NCBI GenBank assembly: GCA_963743915.1
Contig: CAVURN010000002.1
Span: 416,001-480,000 of the forward strand
Direction: 5' to 3'
Length of the DNA: 64,000 nt
DNA from: an uncultured Actinomycetota bacterium
GTDB lineage: Bacteria; Actinomycetota; Actinomycetes; JAHEKZ01
In this document: piece by piece, positions 32,925 to 42,327 of the stretch
How the letters are laid out: every line of letters starts with the position of its first letter
How positions within the stretch are numbered: position 1 is the stretch's first letter
The notes under the pieces: model-generated
What the model was told of the DNA's origin: nothing
Databases searched by the model: none
Seen by the model: the letters and a program-made list of their open reading frames with translations, nothing else
Translations under genes and position numbers: made by a program

Positions 32925-34160
32925 TCAAGGATGAGGTCCCTCGACCAGGCTGGCGGGGCGAACGGCGTCGCGGCCGAACCGGTGCACGGCCCGGTCGGCG
33001 GCCCGCTCCGCCTGACGCCAGGCCTCCGGCTGCTCGTCGAAGGTCAGCTGGTGGGCCACCTCGGACCCGTCCACCAGCTGTTCGACCCGGACCCCCACCA
33101 GCCGGATGCGCGCCCGGTCAAGGCCGAGGGCGTCGTAGAGCGCGAGCGCGGTGGAGTGCACGTCACGGGTGACGTCGGTGGGGTGCGCGAGGGTGCGGGA
33201 TCGGGTGATCGTGGTGAAGTCGGCGAACCGCACCTTGATCGCGACGGTGCGTCCGGCGAGCCCTCGGCGGCGCATCCGGGCCGCCACGTTCTGCGACAGG
33301 CGCAGCAGCTCGCGACGAATCACCTCGGGATCGTCGACGTCGGCGCCGAAAGTCTCCTCGTGGCCGATGCTCTTGTCGGGGACGTGCGCCACCACGCTGC
33401 GTTCGTCCCGGCCCCAGGCGAGCTCCCAGAGGTGACGGCCGACCGCCTGCCCGAGGGCGCGTTCGAGGGTGCTCACGGGGGTGTGGGCGAGATCGGCCAC
33501 CGTCCGCAGCCCCAGCCGGTGCAGCGCCTCCTCGGTCTTGTCCCCCACCCCCCACAGTGCGCCGATCTCGAGCGGGTGGAGGAACTCGATGACCCGGTCG
33601 GCCGGCACGACCAGCAGACCGTCCGGCTTGCAGCGCCCCGACGCCAGCTTGGCGACGAACTTGGTGGAGGCCACACCGACCGAGCAGGTGATGCCCTGCT
33701 CGTCGTGCACCCGGGTACGGATGAGCTCTCCGATCTGGGCCGGTGAGCCGAGCCGGCGGAGCGCACCGCTGACGTCGAGGAACGCCTCGTCGAGACTGAG
33801 CGGCTCGACGAGCGGGGTGACCGACGCGAAGACGGCCATCACACCGGCGGAGATCCGGGCGTAGTCGTCGTGGTGCGGGGTGAGGAAGGTCGCCTGCGGT
33901 GCCAGCCGGCGCGCCCGGCTGGCGGGCATGGCCGAGTGGACGCCGAGGGCACGCGCCTCGTAGGTGGCGGAGAGCACGACGCCACGGCTTCCGCCGCCGG
34001 CCACGATCACGGGGGTGCCCACGAGCTCGGGGTGCCGGAGCAGCTCGACCGACGCGTAGAAGGCGTCCATGTCGACGTGCAGGATCGGGCAGCCGGCGTC
34101 CGACGGCTGAGCACCGACCGGCCCCGCTGTGGCGGTGCGCCCGAGCTGCTGGCGAGTCAC
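32925..34160 (-). CDS. dinB: DNA polymerase IV (Y family)
   Basis: HVDMDAFYASVE, YEAR, SLDEAFLD, AKLAS..KPDG, clamp motif QLTFD. Confidence 0.93.
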   Translation of the reverse strand: MTRQQLGRTATAGPVGAQPSDAGCPILHVDMDAFYASVELLRHPELVGTPVIVAGGGSRGVVLSATYEARALGVHSAMPASRARRLAPQATFLTPHHDDYARISAGVMAVFASVTPLVEPLSLDEAFLDVSGALRRLGSPAQIGELIRTRVHDEQGITCSVGVASTKFVAKLASGRCKPDGLLVVPADRVIEFLHPLEIGALWGVGDKTEEALHRLGLRTVADLAHTPVSTLERALGQAVGRHLWELAWGRDERSVVAHVPDKSIGHEETFGADVDDPEVIRRELLRLSQNVAARMRRRGLAGRTVAIKVRFADFTTITRSRTLAHPTDVTRDVHSTALALYDALGLDRARIRLVGVRVEQLVDGSEVAHQLTFDEQPEAWRQAERAADRAVHRFGRDAVRPASLVEGPHP

Positions 34161-34164
34161 GGTG

Positions 34165-37100
34165 TCATCCTCCCGCACTTCCGGGGCTGGAGTGCCACAG
34201 CTTGCGCGGTGGCGCACCGCGGTTCACGTCGTCACCGGCAGGACGCACGTCGGCGTACGGCGACTGCCGGAAGCCACTGGGGTGCACGAGGATGCGTCGG
34301 CGTCCCATGCCGCCTGCGGTGTACCCCCCGTCGTCGCTCGCGGCCGGACCGGCCGGAGCGACGACGCTCTCGGCGTCGAACCCCGGCGGTGGGGTGTCGA
34401 GCACCTGCAGCACCGCGTCGGTGCCGGCCCGTTGCCAGAGGTCGTAGAGACCGGACAGCTCCCAGCAGCCGGTGGCCCGCAGGGAGAGACCGCGCGGACC
34501 GGTGCGGCGGACCTCGCCGCGGATGAGGAGCAGCCAGGAGTGGAAGAGGGTGGCCGCGTACGGTCCCTGGGCGTCCTCGAAGAAGGTGGCGTCGACCGGT
34601 CCGGTGGCGTCGTCGAGCGTGACGAACACCACCCGACGACCGGACCGGATCGGCGGCGTCTGGGTGGCGACCTTCACCCCTGCGACGAGCACCTCGCTGC
34701 GGGAACGACAGGTGAGGAGGTCGCGGGAGCGCACGACGTCGAGGGCGGACAGCAACGGGGCGTAGAAGTCGACCACGTGCCGACTGACGTCGAGACCGAG
34801 GACGTCGAGCTCGGCCCGCACCTGCTCGGCACCGGTCATCTCCGGCAGGCCGGACAGCGCGATCTGCTCCGGCCCGAGCGCGAGGGTCAGCTGGGTGGCC
34901 GGTGCAGCCGTCCCGCTCGCGGTCGGCTGCTGACCGGTGGGCCGTCGGCATCGCGTTCCACCGGTCGAGCTCGGCGACCTGCAGCAGCAGGTCGCGCCGG
35001 GTCAACCGCCGACGGGCGGAGCCCGGATGCACCAGGGTGAGGTCGATCCCGTGCAGGGCGTCGAACGCGCCCGCGAGCACGAGCCGCTCGACCACCGGCC
35101 GGGAGACGGCGGCGCGGTGCCAGAAGTCGGTGAGCGAGCGGTAGGGCTGACCCGCGACGATCCGCGCGACCTCGGCGTCGCTGATCCCCTTGACCTCGGC
35201 GAGCGCGATCCGGATGCCGTACCCGCGGGCGTCCGGGAGCAACGGCTGGTCGGGGACGCCGCGCTGACGACGGGACACCAGCACGCCCGGGTGGGTGCGG
35301 ACCGGTGCGGCGTCGGCCGGGTCGACCCGTTCGACGCGGTAGCCCTCGGCGGAGGCGTTGACGTCGAGCGGCAGCACGGTGATGCCGAACTGGCGGGCGT
35401 CGTCGAGGATCAGCCGCTTGGGGTACATGCCGGGGTCGTGGGTGAGGACGCCGGCCAGGAAGCTGGCGGTGTGGTGCGCCTTGAGCCAGGCCGACTGGTA
35501 GGTGGGCAGCGCGAAGGCAGCGGCGTGCGCCTTGCAGAAGCCGAAGGACGCGAAGGCGGCGAGCACCTCCCAGAACCTCTCGACGGTGCGCAGGTCGTAC
35601 CCACGGGCGCGCGCCTGTCCGGTAGAACCACTCGCGCGTCTCGGCCTGTCCGTCGGGGTCGCCGAGGGCGCGCCGCTTCTCGTCGGCCTCGGCACGGCTG
35701 CACCCGGTGATGACGTGGATGAGGTCGATGACCTGCTCGTGGAAGACCACGACGCCGAAGGTGGGGCGCAGCACTCCGATGAGGTCGGGGTGCAGGTACT
35801 GCGGCTCCGTCCCACCCGTGCCGGGCGCGCAGGAAGGGGCTGACCATGTCGGACTTCACCGGGCCGGGACGGAAGAGCGAGATGTCGATGATGAGGTCGT
35901 CGAACGTCTCGGGGGCGAACTTGCCGACCAGCTCGCGCTGCCCCGGTGACTCGATCTGGAAGCAGCCGAGGGTGTGCGTCGACCGGATGAGGTCGTAGGT
36001 GGCGGGGTCGTCGAGCGGGACGGCGTCGAGGTCGGGACGCGCGTCGTCGCCGTCGACCCGACTCGATCTCGTCGAGCGCGTACGCCATCGCCGACTGCAT
36101 GCGGATGCCGAGCACGTCGAGCTTGAGCAGACCGAGGTGCTCGACGTCGTCCTTGTCGAACTGGCTCATGGCAAACCCCATCGCGCTCGACTCGACCGGG
36201 GTGCGGTCGAGCAGCGTGGCGTCGGAGAGCAGGACGCCGCACGGGTGCAGGGCCAGATGGCGCGGCAGGCCGTCGAGCCGTTCGACGAGCCGCAGCATCA
36301 GGGCGAGTCGCGGGTCGTCGGCGATCCGGCTGGCGCGCAGCTCGGGCAGCTCGCGCAGCGCGTTCTGCGCGTCGCGGGCCCGGATGTGCGGGAACGCCTT
36401 GGCGACGGTGTCGATCTCTGACGGCGGCAGTCCCAGCGCGGCACCGACGTCGCGGATCGCGTGCCGGACGCGGTAGGTGTCGGCCATCGAGACGCAGGCG
36501 ACGCGGTCGTCACCGAAACGCTCGAAGATGCGGGTGTAGATCTCGGTGCGGCGAGCCGACTCGACGTCGACGTCGATGTCGGGCAGCGCCTGACGGAGCG
36601 GTGAGAGAAAGCGCTCGAAGATGAGGTCGTGCCGAAGTGGGTCGACGCCGGAGATGCCGAGCAGGTACGTGACGAGGGACCCTGCCCCCGAGCCGCGGGC
36701 GGCGACGCGTACCTGCATCGAGCGGATGAGGTCGACCACGTCGGCGACGGTGAGGAAGTAGGTGGCGTAGCCGAGGCCGGCGATGATCCCGAGCTCGTGC
36801 TCGAGCCGCTCACGCGCGTCTGCGGCGTCGCGCCCGGTGGTGGGCAGGGAACGCAGGGACCACCCGGCGTCGCACCGTCGACGGAGCACTGCGTCCGGAG
36901 GAGTGCCCGATGCCGCCGCTTGCGGGTCGACCACCGCGAGCTCGGGGAAGTGCACCGAGCCGAGGCCGAGATCGGCGACCGGGTCGAGGACGCACTGCTC
37001 GGCGAGCTGCTCGGTGGCCGCGAGCAGCCGCCGGGAGGTGGAGCGCTCGGTGCCCACCCCCGACAGACGGGCGACCTCGGTGGCGACCTCGGACATCTGC

Positions 37101-37918
37101 GCGGCCGACTTCAGGTAGCCCTCACCGGTGCGACGGTCGATGTGCCGCTCGTCGAGCGGGACCAGGCGGCGGGCGGCGTCCAGGACGTCGGCGACGGGGG
37201 CGTCCTCGCGACGGGCGTACCGCACCGCGTTGGTGAGCACGACTGGGGCGTGCTGCTCGTGGGCCCAGCCGAGCATGCGGGCCGCGAAGGGGGCCGACCG
37301 CCCCGCCGGTCCGGCGCCGCGGTGGTTGACGACCTCGCACACCACCGAGGGGACCTGGGCGCGCCACCACCGCCACCGGTCGGTGGCGAGGTCGGGGCGT
37401 CGGGCGGCGAGCAGCCGACCGACGTCGGAGTCGGGACCGAGCAGCACGACGAGGGCACCCTCGGAGGTGGCGTCCTGACGGAGGTGGTCGGCGATCAGCG
37501 CGGCGTCGACGGTGGGGCTGCCGCGGCGTCCTGTTGCCTCGGCGCGGGCATGCGCGGCGGAGACCAGCCGGCACAGCGCCGCCCACCCCTGCGGCCCACG
37601 GGCGAGGACGGTGACCCGGGGCAGCCGGGGGTCGACGCTCCGGCCCCCCCGGGTGGGAGTACGGGTGCGGGACGCCGGTGCGCCCGGCACGGCGACGGTC
37701 TCGAGGGCGAGATCAGCGCCGAACACCGGTGCGATCCCGGCGGCAAGGGCGGCCCGGGCGAAACGCACCGCGCCCCGGACGCCGTCGCGGTCGGTGAGAC
37801 CGAGGACGCTCAGCCCCTGGTCGGCGGCGACGGCGACCAGGGTCTCCGGTGAGGAAGCACCGTGCCGGAGCGACCAGCCGGAGGCGACGTGCAGGTGCGG
37901 AAAGGAGTCGAGGGACAC
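34165..37918 (-). CDS. dnaE2: Error-prone DNA polymerase DnaE2 (ImuC); ~4 frameshifts
   Basis: PHP (HLHVAS, LTDRDG), RGSGAGS, PDIDVD, HPCG, KLDVLG, GFCKAHA, QTPPIRSG, C-terminal WHSSPGS; breaks near 36060, 35810, 35620, 34900. Confidence 0.9.
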
Positions 37919-37945
37919 GAGGAAGCAGGACCAGGACGCGGACGG

Positions 37946-38359
37946 CTAGCTGACGCGGGGCAGGGAGGTCTGGTGCGGGACGCCGACAGTGGTCTCGACC
38001 AGGGCCAGGAAGGTCTCGACGTCGCGGAGCAGGTCGTCGGCCTCACGCGCGGTGACCGTCTCGAGCCCGGCTTCGGCGGCGGCCCGCTTGCCGGCACCAG
38101 CGGCGAAGAAGGCGGCCCACTCCGCCAGCTCCGGAGCCGCCTGCGCGAGCAGGTCCCAGGCGCTCCGCGGACCCCGACGCCCGCCGGGGCGAGCCCGGGT
38201 GGCCAGGACGGCAGCGGCCGCCCGGAGCGCAGCGAGGTGGGCGACGGCGTAGCGCTGGCCGGCCCGCGGCTCGACGGTGGCCTCGGCCAGGCCGCGGTGG
38301 GCGGAGGCGAGCAGGTCGAGGACACCGGCGGACGAGCCGCGGGGGGTGGTGGCGAGCAT
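37946..38359 (-). CDS. SAV_6107-family HEPN domain protein
   Basis: RYAVAHLAALRAAAAVLA, AWDLLAQAAPELAEWAAFFA, READDL. Confidence 0.85.
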   Translation of the reverse strand: MLATTPRGSSAGVLDLLASAHRGLAEATVEPRAGQRYAVAHLAALRAAAAVLATRARPGGRRGPRSAWDLLAQAAPELAEWAAFFAAGAGKRAAAEAGLETVTAREADDLLRDVETFLALVETTVGVPHQTSLPRVS

Positions 38360-38396
38360 GGGGTCCTCCTCGAGTCGATGGGTCGATGGGCGGGGT

Positions 38397-38714
38397 CTAG
38401 TCGTGGATGGCCTGGAGCACCCAGCGCTCCTGACCGGCGTCGACGGACTCGCAGCAGAGGTCGAAGACCCCGGTCTGGGAGCCCCGGCAGGCCTCGACCC
38501 GCCACAGCAGCCGCTCGGGGTCGGCAGGTCCGGGGTCGGCGGCAGCCCCTGCAGCAGCCCCCGCGGCGGGACGCCACCAGGCGCCGGTCTCGACCCAGTG
38601 GGCGAGCACGGCGCCGACGACGTAGCGACGCCCCCGCCACCGGAAGGCGAGCGGAGCGGAGGTGACGCCCGAGGGACCGGCCAGGGACTCGACCGGCTCT
38701 TCGATGCGACGCAT
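38397..38714 (-). CDS. DUF6504 family protein
   Basis: PLAFRWRGRRY, HWVETGAWW, WRVEA, FDL, terminal W..IHD; RBS AAGGAG. Confidence 0.8.
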   Translation of the reverse strand: MRRIEEPVESLAGPSGVTSAPLAFRWRGRRYVVGAVLAHWVETGAWWRPAAGAAAGAAADPGPADPERLLWRVEACRGSQTGVFDLCCESVDAGQERWVLQAIHD

Positions 38715-38843
38715 CGGACGCTCCTTCCGGGATGTCGGGGACGGTGTCACCGGGAGGGGGACCCACCGAGGTCGTCCGTCCTCCTGGCCCGCCGGGAACC
38801 GACGAGGGTCGAGGTCGCCGGCGTCCGGCGGGCCCAGAGGTGT

Positions 38844-38859
38844 TCGAACACATGTTCGA
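38844..38859. promoter_or_regulatory. LexA SOS box
   Basis: TCGAAC-ACAT-GTTCGA, the Gram-positive consensus; minus-strand TTGACC at 38896-38891 lies upstream. Confidence 0.9.
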
Positions 38860-38918
38860 ACACCGGTAGTAAACCCCTGTTCCGGTGCGGGGTCAACCCC
38901 CCCTTGGTGGGGTGCTGG

Positions 38919-38976
38919 CGAGTGGCGCGAAACGGGACACTCCGTCGCCCTCAGGTGACCGGTTTCGCGCCACTGG
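38919..38976. repeat. 58-bp palindromic REP-like element, copy 1
   Basis: AGTGGCGCGAAAC...GTTTCGCGCCACT hairpin; 46/58 identical to 54917-54974. Confidence 0.7.
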
Positions 38977-39028
38977 GCACGTGATCTCGGTCCCCACCGA
39001 TCACGGACGCCCCCTACTCTCGAGAGTC

Positions 39029-39754
39029 GTGTCCCCGTCCCCCACCCCCGCGGTCGTGCTGCTGCACGTCTGGACGGTGCCCACCTCCGGCGTCCTGCCC
39101 GCCATGACGCGCCTGGCCACAGACCGGCTCGCGCTGCGCGGCTACCCCGGCCTGACCTTCGCCAAGCTGCTCGGCACCGGCAGCGGACAGACCTTCGCGC
39201 CACAGGACGCCGACCCGCACCACTGGGCGCTGCTCACCTGCTGGGACGCCCCGCATGCCGCCGCCACCGTCGAGCGTTCGCGAGTGGTCCGGCGCTGGGA
39301 CGCCGCTGCCACCGACCGGCTCCGCATCGCGATGACCCCGCTGGCCAGCACCGGACTCTGGTCGCGGCGCCAGCCCTTCGGGGCACCTGTCCCGCCGAAG
39401 CAGCACAGCGGTCCGGTGGCTGCTCTCACCCGGGCACGCATCGAGTGGCGTCAGCTGCGCGCCTTCTGGCGCTCGGTGCCGCCGGTGGCGGACGCCCTGA
39501 CGCGCCAGCCAGGGCTGCTCTGGTCGACCGGCATCGGCGAGGCGCCGGTCGGCCTGCAGGGCACCTTCAGCCTCTGGCGCGACGCTGACGCGATGCGTGA
39601 CTTCGCCTACGGCAGTCAGGCCCATCGTGACGCGATCCGCCAGACCCGCCAGACCGGCTGGTTCGCCGAGGAGCTCTTCGCGCGGTTCGCGGTGGAGGCG
39701 GTCGAGGGCACCGTCGACGGACGGCAGATCGGGGCGGACGCATGGCCGAGCTGA
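39029..39754 (+). CDS. CrtA-like (spheroidene monooxygenase family) protein
   Basis: FAKLLGTGSG, LTRARI, FWRSVP, GIGEAP..QGTFSLW, FAY...H, WFAEELFARF. Confidence 0.8.
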   Translation: MSPSPTPAVVLLHVWTVPTSGVLPAMTRLATDRLALRGYPGLTFAKLLGTGSGQTFAPQDADPHHWALLTCWDAPHAAATVERSRVVRRWDAAATDRLRIAMTPLASTGLWSRRQPFGAPVPPKQHSGPVAALTRARIEWRQLRAFWRSVPPVADALTRQPGLLWSTGIGEAPVGLQGTFSLWRDADAMRDFAYGSQAHRDAIRQTRQTGWFAEELFARFAVEAVEGTVDGRQIGADAWPS

Positions 39755-40338
39755 TTCCTCTGGTCTTCACCAGCGGCTGGGCCAGTGGCATCAACCCCTA
39801 CCTCGTGGTGCTGCTCTCAGGTCTGGTCGGTCGGTTCACCGACGTCGGCGTTCCCGACGCGCTCACCCGCACCGACGTGCTCGTCGCTGCCGCGGTCCTC
39901 ACCGCCATCGACTTCGTCGTCGACAAGACCGCCTACCTGGACTCCGCATGGGACGGGGTCAACACCGTGGTCCGTCCCGTCGCCGGCACCGCCCTGGCCC
40001 TGCTCATCTCCGGTGACGCCACGACGCTCGAGCAGGCGGTCCTCGGCGCGATGGGCGGCACCACAGCACTTGCCAGCCACGTCACGAAGGCGGGCACCCG
40101 CGCCGCCGTCAACACCTCCCCCGAACCGGTCAGCAACATCGTCGTCAGCCTGCTCGAGGACGTCGCCGTCACCGTGGTGACGTTCCTCGCGTTCCTCGCG
40201 CCGTGGCTCGCCGCTGCGCTCGCGCTGGTGCTGCTGGTCGCCGGCATCGGGGTGGTCGTGGTCTTCTGGTCCGCCATCGCCCGCTACCGTCGCTCCCGCC
40301 GACGACCACGACCGACCGACGTCCCCGAGGACCCATGA
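39742..40338 (+). CDS. DUF4126 membrane protein
   Basis: SGWASGINPY, DK..YLDSAWD, KAGTRAAVNTSPEPVSNIVVSLLED. Confidence 0.85.
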   Translation: MAELIPLVFTSGWASGINPYLVVLLSGLVGRFTDVGVPDALTRTDVLVAAAVLTAIDFVVDKTAYLDSAWDGVNTVVRPVAGTALALLISGDATTLEQAVLGAMGGTTALASHVTKAGTRAAVNTSPEPVSNIVVSLLEDVAVTVVTFLAFLAPWLAAALALVLLVAGIGVVVVFWSAIARYRRSRRRPRPTDVPEDP

Positions 40339-41132
40339 GCCTGCGCACCTACACCGGACCGACCCCGTCGGTCAGGCCTGCGTTCGCGCTCGTCGCGCTC
40401 GGATGGCTTCTCGCAGCTGCGACCATCGCCCTGCAGATCGCGTTCCCGCTCGCGTCGCACGAGGCTGCGCAGCGAGATCTGGCCGCGATCACCGTCGTGG
40501 TCTTCTTCCTCGCGTCGGTCGTGCACGCCACCGCCTACCACCGTTGGCGCGGCTTCTTCGTCGTCGCGTTGGCGGTCCCGGCGCTCGGCTGGGTGGCGGA
40601 GCGGTTCGGCTCAACCACCGGCTACCCGTTCGGCGACTACGTCTACACCGATGCGCTCGGGCCGCAGATTCTCGACGTTCCCGTCGTCGTGCCGCTGGCC
40701 TGGTCGATGATGGCGTACCCCACGTACGTCGCGGCGTCCGTGCTCGTGACGCGGGGACGCTGGCTGGTGCCCGTGGTGGCTGCCTGGTCGCTCATGGCGT
40801 GGGACCTCTTCCTCGACCCGATGATGATCGAGCTCGGCGCGTGGACCTGGCGAACGACCGAGCCCGATCTGCCAGGCGTGGACGGAATCCCCCTCACCAA
40901 CTACGCCGGCTGGTTCGTGGTCGGCCTGCTGATCTCCTTCGTGCTGCTCGCACTGCCCGCCCGGCGCTTCTCGGTGGCACAGCCGGCGACCCTCTACCTG
41001 TGGGTGTACGTGTCGTCGGTGCTCGCCGCGGCGGTCTTCTTCGACCGGCCGGGCTCAGCACTGGTCGGCGGCGTCGCGATGGGGATCGTCGCCCTTCCGT
41101 TCGCGTGGCGACTCTGGTGGGACCGCGGATGA
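40335..41132 (+). CDS. CruF-like carotenoid 1,2-hydratase (DUF422)
   Basis: E..G..TGYPFGDYVY, VPVVVPLAW, WDLFLDP, GIPLTNYAGW; ATGA overlap. Confidence 0.8.
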   Translation: MSLRTYTGPTPSVRPAFALVALGWLLAAATIALQIAFPLASHEAAQRDLAAITVVVFFLASVVHATAYHRWRGFFVVALAVPALGWVAERFGSTTGYPFGDYVYTDALGPQILDVPVVVPLAWSMMAYPTYVAASVLVTRGRWLVPVVAAWSLMAWDLFLDPMMIELGAWTWRTTEPDLPGVDGIPLTNYAGWFVVGLLISFVLLALPARRFSVAQPATLYLWVYVSSVLAAAVFFDRPGSALVGGVAMGIVALPFAWRLWWDRG

Positions 41133-42265
41133 GACACCGACTGGGTCCCGCCACGGTCGCGGCAGGGAGCACCCTCGCCTTGGCGGGCTTCCTGCACAGC
41201 GTGTGGAACCTGCGACGCCTGCGGGTCCTGCCCACAGCGCCTGGTGCCGGCCCACGTGCGCGCGTGTCGGTCCTGGTGCCGGCGCGGGACGAAGCCGCGC
41301 GCATCGGTCAGTGCCTGCACGCCGTCCGCGACCAGGTCGACGCCGATGTGCTCGAGGTGCTGGTGCTCGACGACCGCTCTGCCGACGGCACCGCATCGGT
41401 GGTGCAGCACCATGTCGACGAGGACGCCCGGGTGCATCTCCTCGACGGTAAGGGAGAGCCGCCGGACGGCTGGCTGGGCAAGACGTGGGCGTGCCATCAG
41501 CTCGCCGAGGCCGCGAAGGGCGAGGTTCTGGTCTTCGTCGACGCCGACGTCGTCCTCGAGCCCACGGCGCTCCGACGCATGACCTCGTTGCTCGGAGCAC
41601 CGTCGGCGAGCGGTGCTCCCATCGACGCGGTGAGCCCCTACCCGCGCCAGGACGCGTCGACGTGGAGCGAGCGGCTGGTGCAGCCGCTGCTGCAGTGGTC
41701 GTGGGCGACCCTGCTGCCCCTGCCGTTGGCCGAGCGGAGTGAACGTACCTCCCTGGTGGCGGCCAACGGCCAGCTCCTCGCCATCACGCGTGACGCCTAC
41801 GACGCCATCGGTGGGCACGCCGGGGTGCGCGACCAGGTGCTCGACGACGTCGCCCTCTTTCAGCAGCTGAAGCGGTCCGGACGTCGCGGCGTCCTGACCG
41901 ACGGCACCGACGTCGCGACGTGCCGCATGTACGAGGGCTGGCCCGACCTGCGCGACGGTTACAGCAAGTCGCTGTGGTCGGCGTTCCGGTCCCCGGTCGG
42001 CGCTGCCGCATTCGTGGCGCTGTCCGTGCTGGCGTACGTCGTGCCCCCACTCGCCGCGGTGCTGCGCGGCTCCGCCGTCGGTGCGGCCGGCTACGCCGGC
42101 GCTGTCGCCGGTCGTGCACTGGTGGCGCGCCGCGTGGGTGGGCGGGTGTGGCCGGACTCGCTGCTGCATCCGGCGTCCACGGTGGCGTTCGCGTACCTGG
42201 TCGGTCGCTCGTGGTTCGGCCATCGGCGCGGAACGCTCACCTGGAAGAGCCGCCCCCTCCCCTGA
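41129..42265 (+). CDS. GT2 glycosyltransferase (carotenoid, CruG/CruC-like)
   Basis: VPARDE, DDRSADGT, GWLGK.WAC, FVDAD, ANGQ, CRMY, TWKSR. Confidence 0.85.
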   Translation: MRHRLGPATVAAGSTLALAGFLHSVWNLRRLRVLPTAPGAGPRARVSVLVPARDEAARIGQCLHAVRDQVDADVLEVLVLDDRSADGTASVVQHHVDEDARVHLLDGKGEPPDGWLGKTWACHQLAEAAKGEVLVFVDADVVLEPTALRRMTSLLGAPSASGAPIDAVSPYPRQDASTWSERLVQPLLQWSWATLLPLPLAERSERTSLVAANGQLLAITRDAYDAIGGHAGVRDQVLDDVALFQQLKRSGRRGVLTDGTDVATCRMYEGWPDLRDGYSKSLWSAFRSPVGAAAFVALSVLAYVVPPLAAVLRGSAVGAAGYAGAVAGRALVARRVGGRVWPDSLLHPASTVAFAYLVGRSWFGHRRGTLTWKSRPLP

Positions 42266-42327
42266 CCTCAGGAACGACGCATTCACCCGCGGCCGGTGCA
42301 ACAGACGCCGCACTCATATTGGGGAAA

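Noticed and set aside
34165-37918. Programmed frameshifting or true pseudogenisation of dnaE2
   Set aside because: No slippery motifs seen, and the same indel pattern affects essential genes.
37946-38359. HEPN gene as a toxin-antitoxin or anti-phage RNase
   Set aside because: No adjacent nucleotidyltransferase and no R-x4-6-H motif; the context is SOS mutagenesis.
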